From Diadema antillarum (taxonomy: Eukaryota), in contig NW_027270920.1 of the NCBI RefSeq assembly GCF_040938485.1, positions 868,001 through 932,000 of the forward strand: DNA of 64,000 nt, read 5' to 3'. Positions 26,965 through 35,553 of the stretch are shown in pieces (position 1 is the stretch's first letter; every line of letters starts with the position of its first letter). A program made the position numbers and the translations under genes. The notes under the pieces are model-generated. The model saw only the letters and a list, made by a program, of their open reading frames with translations, was not told where the DNA came from and did no database searches.

Positions 26965-27185
26965 TACTGTAAAACGAGGAATGCTTGCATGCATTTTAAT
27001 TCCGCGAATTTTGCGAGCGACAACAGTCGCGAAATTAAAATGCGCGAAAGTTCTTGATCACATACATGTAGTATGCATTGAAAACAAATGATGCCAGCGG
27101 CAATTCGCGAAAATTCACAAAAATTGGAGCCGTTGGCTCCAATTCGTGAAATTTTCACGCCGCGAATATATCACGTTTTACAGCA
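26965..27185. mobile_element. TA-flanked MITE (TACTGTAAAACG...CGTTTTACAG) upstream of class B TLR
   Basis: Terminal inverted repeat and internal TTCGCGAA repeats. Paralogous copies at 41841-42057 and 59561-59777; family members near 2690-2895, 16487-16680 and 48030-48280. Confidence 0.7.
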
Positions 27186-28121
27186 TGCAATCTACTTAGC
27201 CAAGCAAAATACTTCGTAAAAGTTGTGCTTATTCTTGGTAACGAAGAAACTGGCCCAGACTCCAAACCATGATGGTGTAACATGAGGAGTAAGAGAACAG
27301 GAATCGTGCGACTGCCCTGTTTTTCTTTCATTCTTTGTTTTGTGCCACACAGTGAATCCTTAATGCTTAATTTCTTCTCTCACAGTTTTCTTTGGCAGTC
27401 AAACCAGAAAGGAGAGAAATGGGTACGGAAGTCTTGTGTTATTCTCATTTCTTTTCTTTCTTGCTTGCATTGTAGTTACCCGGTATATATGCTTGTCATG
27501 ACATCAGCGAAAAAGTCAGAATTTCATGATTTGAGTAACATTTGCATAAATCATAAGTTTAGTGCTGAAAGTGGGAAAAGGAAAGAAAGTAAGAGATTAA
27601 CCGGGAAGTTGTCATGGCCATTGTTAAGGCTGCATGGAGGAGAAAAAACAAACAAACAAATGCATGTGGATGCGCTTCTCATATTCCCATCTGGATTTCT
27701 TTTTTCTTAACTTCTTCCTCAGAAAGGAAAGGGAAGGATATCACAGAAAAAAAAAAGTAGTTTACTTCAAAGAAGCGATGCTGAGAGTAAGAATGGCTGT
27801 ATGTTTCTGGACAGTCTGCAGTTGAGTCTTGTTGCTTCAAATGAATGTCTAGACTTCGATCAGATAACTATCTCCTGCCTTCTGTGTCATCCAGAGTGCT
27901 TTTAATGGCTGTCATGTACTAATTTTGCTTTGGGACACTGCTGCAACAATCTGCATTATGGAATTAGTCACATGACACCTATGAGATACACGTGCCTTGC
28001 AACTCACAGTGAGTCTTGGAAATGCATACTCTCTGGAAACTTGTAACAACAGCACAGACAATTTATTGTCACCTGCTCTGGCTGTGAAAGACACCTACTG
28101 CAACTTTGACTTTTGTTTTCG

Positions 28122-30926
28122 ATGGCCGTAGCCATGGCAACCAAGCTGGATACTGCTACTTCAACCGTTACAGCAATTGTGTGCTTACTATTGTGTGTTC
28201 AGGCCACCACGCCAACACCCTCTGGCCATTTCCATGTACAAAGTCAGCAGCGATGTAGATTCAAAGAAACCAGTGTGGGTGTCAAGGTATCCTGTACACA
28301 TCTCCATCTGACGTCCATACCTTGGAATTTGCCAAACAACACCATCTCGCTTGACTTATCATTCAACAACATCACGCTGCAGCGGAATGATTCCTTTACT
28401 AGCTTGCCAATGCTGGAAATTCTCAATTTGCAATGGAATAATATAGCAATTATTAGAAAAGAAATCTTCTGGCCACTGGCAAGTTTAAGGACTCTTATCT
28501 TGGATGAGAATGCTATAGAGTATCTCGAGGCTGCAACATTTCTTTACAACCCTCTCTAACAAACGTACCATTGGCTTTAAACTGTCTCACAGAAATTCCC
28601 ACTAGTGCTTTATCAGCCCTGTCTTCATTACCAGTGGTAAATTTAGCAACCAATTCTGTGAGATCTCTAAGCTTTAATGGATTTGAAAAATGGAAACACA
28701 TCTCCGAACTTTCCTTGAAATGTAAACAATATAACTGAAATAAACCCAACTGATTTCCTTCCTCTGCAAAACACCACAGTAGGTATTCTTGATCTGAGGG
28801 CAAACCAAATAGAGAGCTTACCTTACCACGCATTCTTCTACTTGAAGAATGTCAATGCAATCAATCTTGGAGGGAATAACATCTTCTCTTTTGGCATCTG
28901 GCCTTTCCTGGGCATGAAAGAAATAAGTACCCTCTATGTTGAGGGTTCATTGATTCATGAGCTCCCCCCAATGAATACTTCTGCAAATCTCTCATTGCCA
29001 TACCCAAACATTCCTAACCTTTCCCTACGGTATAATTTCTTACAATCTATCCCAAGTGGTGCCTTGTGGGGCTTTGACAAACTGAAGAGGCTTAACCTCC
29101 ATGGAAATAAGATTTCTGATATTACAAATGACTCTTTCTGTTGCCTACTATCTCTAGCAGACCTTGATATGTCCCAAAATGCATTGTCCTTCATTCCACA
29201 TGGTGCATTCTCTTGTTTGTCTAACCTCCAGCAGCTTAATGTGACAGGAAATGTTCTGAAGGTGGTTTCTCCACAGTCGTTTGCTGGCATGAACTCAATA
29301 AGGACTTTATTGCTTGCCAAAAATTTCATTGAGGAAGTATTAGGAGCAGCATGGACCATCCCTACCCTTCAAACACTTGATCTTTCACATAATCTCCTGG
29401 ACACTCTCAAGAGCAGACGATTCACTGGTCTGTCAAACCTTCAAGTGCTAAATATCTCATTTAATCTTCTCACCATGTTCACTCTGCAGTCCGTTTATGG
29501 ACTATCAAACCTGCAGAAGCTGTATGCCACAAATGAGAAACATTCATATTTGAATGGCATGCTTAAGGCTTTGCCAAAGCTGCAATACTTGGATGTGTCA
29601 AACAACCCGATCTCCTGGATGTCCATTGATCAATTCACTCACAATGCTGTCCTTGAAGAGCTGCGAATGGAACGAGGACAGTTGCTGGGCAGAGACTTAT
29701 TTGACAACAGTCAAAACATGTCTATTTTCAGAGGCCTTGCTTCCCTGGGCAAGCTCCGTTTGAAAGGGAACTTTTTGCATCAATTAGATCTTCGAACATT
29801 CTCAAACCTTTCCAATCTTTACTACCTGGATATGAGTGAGTCACGTATCACTGTTCTTGTCCCTCGAATATTCAAAGATTTACACTCTCTAAAGTTCCTG
29901 TATCTGAATGACAACAAGCTACTAGCACTTAATGGAGATGTGTTTCAGGGACTTGGAAGCTTAACAGTACTTCTTATCCAGAATAATTCACTCAGCAAAA
30001 TTGAGAAACAGACTTTTGCACCTACTCCAGAGCTACGAGCACTGTATTTGCCTGGGAATCATATCAACACCATACTTCCTGGAACCTTCTTTCCGACCAC
30101 AGATCATTCTCTGTCTATTGACATCTCCAGGAATCCCATCTCCTGCACCTGTGAGCTACAGTGGTTCAGGAACTGGCTTCACACAGCCAACATCAGAATT
30201 GAACATCCTGATCGGACACTGTGCTCCAGCGCCTCACTGCAGGTGCTCAAAAACAAGCCTCTACTGTCCTTTGATCCAGGTGACTTCTGTGGTGTGGACA
30301 CCGCTCTCATCACTGGACTATCCCTGACAGGAGCGGCTGTCTTTCTTCTCACTGTCCTCGCTTACATCAATCGCTGGTGGCTGAACTACAAATTCTTTCT
30401 GCTGAAGCTAGCCTTGTTTGGCTACAAGGAGGTTGAGGAAGATGTGGCAGAGGAGGACTACCGCTACCAGCTCAACGTCATGTTCCACGACGATGATGAG
30501 GGGTTTGTGAATGACATCCTGAGACCAGCCTTGATGCAGAGGATGCCTCATCTGCAGCACATCATCTACGGGGACGATGACCTCAACGTAGGGATGTTCT
30601 ATGTCGACGCCCTCTATCATGCTATTGAGAGCAGCTACAAGTCAGTCCTTTTGATAAGCAATCAGTCTGTGGGTGATGTCTGGTTTATGACCAAGCTCCG
30701 TATGGCGCTGGAGCACTTGAATGAGACCAGACTGGACAAAATCATTCTTGTGTTTCTGGAGGACATTGAGGACGACAACCTGCCCTATCTTGTCAGGCTC
30801 TTTCTGAGTAGGAACAGACCCTACATGTTGTGGACTGAGGATGAAGATGGACAGGAACTGTTCTGGGCCACTTTAGAGAAGAACATGAGGTCTAATAGGG
30901 TTCTCAACAATATCATTCCTGTTTGA
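28122..30926 (+). pseudogene. Toll-like receptor copy 2 (class B), intronless, frameshifted as assembled
   Basis: Same length (2805 nt) as intact class B copies, but a -1 near 28555 (TAA at 28557-28559) and a +1 at 28721-28722 break the frame. The downstream 694-aa ORF 28842-30926 is nearly identical to copies 4 and 6. Confidence 0.85.
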
Positions 30927-30990
30927 GATTGAATGGTGTAAACAAACAGCACATGTTGGGCCAAAGTTTGTGGGTAACATGCTTGTAAGT

Positions 30991-31180
30991 TACAGTGGAC
31001 TCCAGTTATAATGAAGTCCTGGGGACCTGCATCTTTCTTTCGTTATTATCTAAATTTTGTTATAACCCAACAAATACACAATAAAAATACATAGAGAGCA
31101 TAATGTTGGAGCTGAATTTTTTCTTCGTTGTAACCAGAATTGTCATTATATTGTGTTCATTACAACGGGAGTGCCTCGTA
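30991..31180. mobile_element. Tc1/mariner (Tigger-like) MITE in the class B TLR 3' flank
   Basis: TACAGTGGACTCCAGTTATAATGAAGTCCTGGGGACC...CAACGGGAGTG, same family as 7072-7249. Copies at ~45862-46054 and ~63585-63777. Confidence 0.6.
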
Positions 31181-33184
31181 TCAATCCAGCCGAATAGCCT
31201 TCAGTTTTCCTTGATTTACGTCCTTGTTCAGACTTCAAATCCAAATCACCAATATTTGGTGATTATTTGTACCTACACGTGTATAGTGAGTGTGCTTATA
31301 AACTCAAAACAGCAGGTAAAGAGGAACAAAGAAACTATGTGCTTGATCCTATTTCACTATTTGAAAAAGAGACTGTAGACTTTGTCATAATATAATTGCA
31401 TGTTGTATTCTCTGCTTTCAGAATATTTGAGTCCAACATTTTTAGATAAAATAATTTCCTGGCACATAACAATGTCATCTTGCCAATTTGTTCTAATGTG
31501 TGAACACTATTCTTCAGAAGATATCTAAAATCTAGTTCGATTGCTGAAGAAAAAAATAATATGCATCTTCTTAACCATTTCCATATAGTTAGCTGGCTTC
31601 TATTACAAAAACTTGGCAACTGAAAGTCTTCCTAAAAGCAACTTGACTGCACACACTAGTCATACTTGCTTGATATCAAATGTCTGATTTATTATGATAG
31701 TGTGAGCATCTCAAATGCATTGAAGACATAATCTTGTGAATTATCAGAACAATTGATTGTATATATTGGCTGTAGAATCTTCATGAATTTGACCTAAATT
31801 GTTAGAACTTCTATGTGTCTAACTAAGGAACAGATTGTTCATTGCTACCGATGTATAAAAATACTTAATGCAATTCATGTTGATATTTATTCACAAAGAT
31901 GTAAAGTACAGGTCTGATATTCAATTCAATACTTTAGTCAGAAATTCACAAATTTGACATACTCTTTTTGACTTCAGTCAAAGACTGAGGCAAAATTGGT
32001 AAATTCTAATCACTGATTATGTAAATATTTGACTGAAAGAACTTCATTCAAGTGAAATACTAAGTTTAAATCTGAAGTTTTCATGTTTTTCATTTCGGTT
32101 ACATATTTGCTTTATATAAGCATGAAGGAAGGGCCCTTATGTTAATCATTAGAAGAAAAAAAAACACGAAACAAACCCTGACTAAATTATGCTGTGGGTT
32201 AAGTAAGGCTTCCTGTATCACCTTCACTACCATCATTGGCCAGTGTAACATTGGTGTGGGGCAGATGAACGTATTCATTTTTTAAAAGAGAACAGTAATC
32301 AAGAGTTGATCAGGAGATAAAGACACAAGAAGCATTACTGAGGTTCTTATGTCGCATCACGAGGTTAGGATGTGACAATTGTATGTGGGGTAGGAAAGGT
32401 AGCACAATATTTACTTTGACACTGCAAAACCTATAAGTGAGCATTACACAAAAATCTAATGCAAAGTGAGCAAGCAAGGCACCCTTTGGGTAAATGTGAC
32501 ATAAGGATTCTAAAGAATATTTTCCGAAACAGGAAGTAAAAGTCTGATAGTTGACGACAAAATATGATGTACATAACACAATCTACTTAGCCAAGCAAAA
32601 TATTTTGTAAAAGTTTGGCTTATTCTTAGAATAGTAATGAATGAACTGGCCCAGACTAGAAACCATGATGGTGTGATATGAGGAGTAAGAGAGCAGAAAT
32701 CATGTGCCATGTTCTTCCTCCATTCTTTGTTTTGAGCTGCAGAGTGATTCACACATACACTGTAATCTCCTCTCTCACAGTTTGCTTTGGCAGTCGAAAT
32801 AGAAAGGAGAGAAATGGGTACGGAAGTCTGGTGTTATTCTTATTTCCTGCTTTTTTGCTTACATTGCAGTCAGTTAGTATTAAAGTTCATGCACAAATCT
32901 GGCATGATATTAATGTTTTGGTGAAATTTGAATTAAAAAAAAACTACACATGAAATGTCATATGACTCTCCAGAGAAAGCTTCCTTACAGGGACACTGTC
33001 TTAGTGACTTTTAAAAGAATACATGGTTTTTAACCAACTGTGTATTTGTGCATTGCATTCCAATTTTCTTCAATCCAAAGTACCTGCTTCATACTTTATT
33101 TTTTTTTGTAATGACCTCAAAGAGTTTACTGTCTGTATTCATCTTATACTGCTCATGAGTCCCTAATTCCTCTGGAACCATTGA

Positions 33185-34005
33185 TGAAAACAAGTTCACA
33201 AAATGAAGGTCTAATATCTCCTGAATATTACTAGAACAGTAGTGAAGTTTGAGGAAAATCGTACAATCCATTCAAAAGATACATCCTGGTATCCTTAAAG
33301 TGTCTGTGCACTCACTGCTGTATGAGAAGACTACTCCTGTTTGTGATGTCACATGTATAGAAGGATGTATGTTCCTCACTCAGACAATTTACTTGGATAT
33401 CTCCCTCAAGGGCCATTGCGGACATGGTTCGTTTGGGGCATACATATGGAGAGGCAATTGCATGCGTATGCCCGTTTCCATACGTATGCCCCAAACGAGT
33501 TGTGTCCGCAGCGGCCTTCCATATACATTGCCTCTCCCTCGCTTCTTCTACCACCCCGACTTTGCCACTGTCACTATCAGTGTCATTGTCACTGTCATCA
33601 CTCAATTCACTCTTGACGTCAAACTCAAAGTCTTTCCGTGCAATATCAGGTAAAAATCAGATGTTTTAATGTCTCAGCCGAGAAAGCAGATGCGACTAAA
33701 GACGGGCCAGATATTGCATCCGCTCACCATGAAATAAGTGCTCTATGAATGGCAGCCTCGATGTCCCGCTGCACTCGTAAAGGGTTTTGTTCATTTCGTG
33801 ATGTCATATTTTAGGGCTCGAAAAAGACGGCTGTTCCGGAGCAAAAAACGGTGAAGTAAATCAGTCAGTTTTAACTCGCGATTTCTCAGTGGCTCAAATA
33901 TCTTTTGATAAGTCACATTAAAAATCTGTTTCAGGAGACATTTCCTCTGCTTTGACACCTTCTTTTATATGATTTTCTTGATTTTAATGTCTCATTCACC
34001 ATACT
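33185..34005. mobile_element. Composite Kolobok-like relic at the junction between repeat units 1 and 2
   Basis: The left part (33185-33360) resembles the left arm of the 18646 MITE. A 22-bp inverted repeat lies at 33429-33498. The right part ends in a TTAA-AG terminus at 34005/34006 and encodes on - an acidic DFEFDVKSELSDDSDNDTDSD...TTRLGHTY segment. Confidence 0.6.
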
Positions 34006-34136
34006 TTAAGTACGAGGACAGGGAAGAAGAAGAAAATAGGATTATGAAAAACACTTCTGCATATATAAGCAAATGGCAGAGCTTTCAACTTTCTTTGTTA
34101 AGCACGGGATAGCACATACACAAATCAATTACCAAA

Positions 34137-34396
34137 GGGGGGGGGGGGGGGCGCGCGCTGTGGCATAGTGGATAAGACTCTCTACTCCCAATCGGAGGAC
34201 CAAAGTTTGATTCCCGCCAGTGCTTATGCCCTTGGACAAAATGTTTTACCCACAATGTCCCTCTTGACCCAGGTGTATAAATGGGTACCTGGCAACGCTG
34301 GGGTAATAATAATGGCAGGGCCCTCTGGTAGAGCAGTGGCAGCACTGAAGAGGCTACCCTGGATAAATAAGACCTTGTTATTACTATTATCATTAT
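34137..34396 (+). mobile_element. tRNA-derived SINE (co-duplicated copy)
   Basis: Same element and same flanking position as 19257-19511. Confidence 0.7.
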
Positions 34397-35553
34397 AACT
34401 ACAGAGGGAATTACAATGACCTAGATGGATGTCAACCAAGTCAAAATTATAGTAGTCTGGTTGATATACAAATGATGCACAGGTCTGAATGCACCAAAAG
34501 GAATTGTGTGCATGCCCGTAGGGTGACTATGGAATCGTTAATCACCCACAAGACTAAGCCGAGTGGGTATAGACTAGATTCCATGGTTACCGCAGGCACA
34601 CTATCAACTCCCCCCTCAAAAAAAAAAAAAGAGAAGAAAGAAAAGAAAGTGGATATACTAATGTTTGTACTGTAGTATCAAGCACACATGTCTCTAAATC
34701 TTGCCAAGCACTGAATATTTCTGCTAGAGGTTTCACCTACATGTACATTTTTCTCATGACCCTGAACCTATTCAACTTAAAAGAGAAAAAAAAATAACCT
34801 CTTCTTTCTTTCATTCAAGATATTCAAATTCCTTGATGTTTCTGTCTGTGTTAGCTATCGTCCAAATTAGGATTCATATGACAGACTGTGAGGTGAACTG
34901 ATTGTTTGATTCCCTAACCACAAATGGTCACGAAAAGAAATATGCTGGGGTAATTTTGAAAGTGAAACATGGTGCTGAAAGTGGGAAAAGGAAAAAGAAA
35001 AAAAATATGATGCCAGGGAAGCTATCAAGGCCACTGTGGGGGGGGGGGGGGGGGGGGGGAGTGCTTCTCATTCCCACCTGGAAATATTTTCTTTTTTTTT
35101 AAGTTAAACTTGTTACTCAGGAAGGAAAGGGAAGAGTCTCACAAAATAAAGGCAGTCTGCTTCAAAGTAGGGACGCTGAGAGTAAGAATGGCTGTAATGT
35201 TACTGGACAGTCTGCAGTTAAGTCTCGTTGCCTCAAATAAATGTCTACAGACTTTGATTGGACAAACATCTTGTGCCTTTAGTATCATCCAGTGTGATTT
35301 TATAGAACATCACTGCTTTTAATAGCTGCCAAACATTAATTTTGTTTTGGGATCCTGCTGAAGTAGTCTGCTTCAATGGAAAAGTCACACGACAGCTGGA
35401 AGACACACGTCATGCCTTTCAGCTCACAGTGATTCTCAGAAAGGAATGCTTACTGGAAACTCGTAACAACAGCACAGACAATTTATTGTCACCAACTCTG
35501 ACAGGGAAAGACACCTACAGGAACTTCACCCTTTATTTTGGAAGCTTGTGGCC

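Noticed and set aside
33312-33669. Cluster of overlapping ORFs on both strands, conserved in two copies
   Set aside because: The conservation reflects recent duplication. The two-strand RLGHTYG similarity comes from a DNA inverted repeat within a transposon relic.
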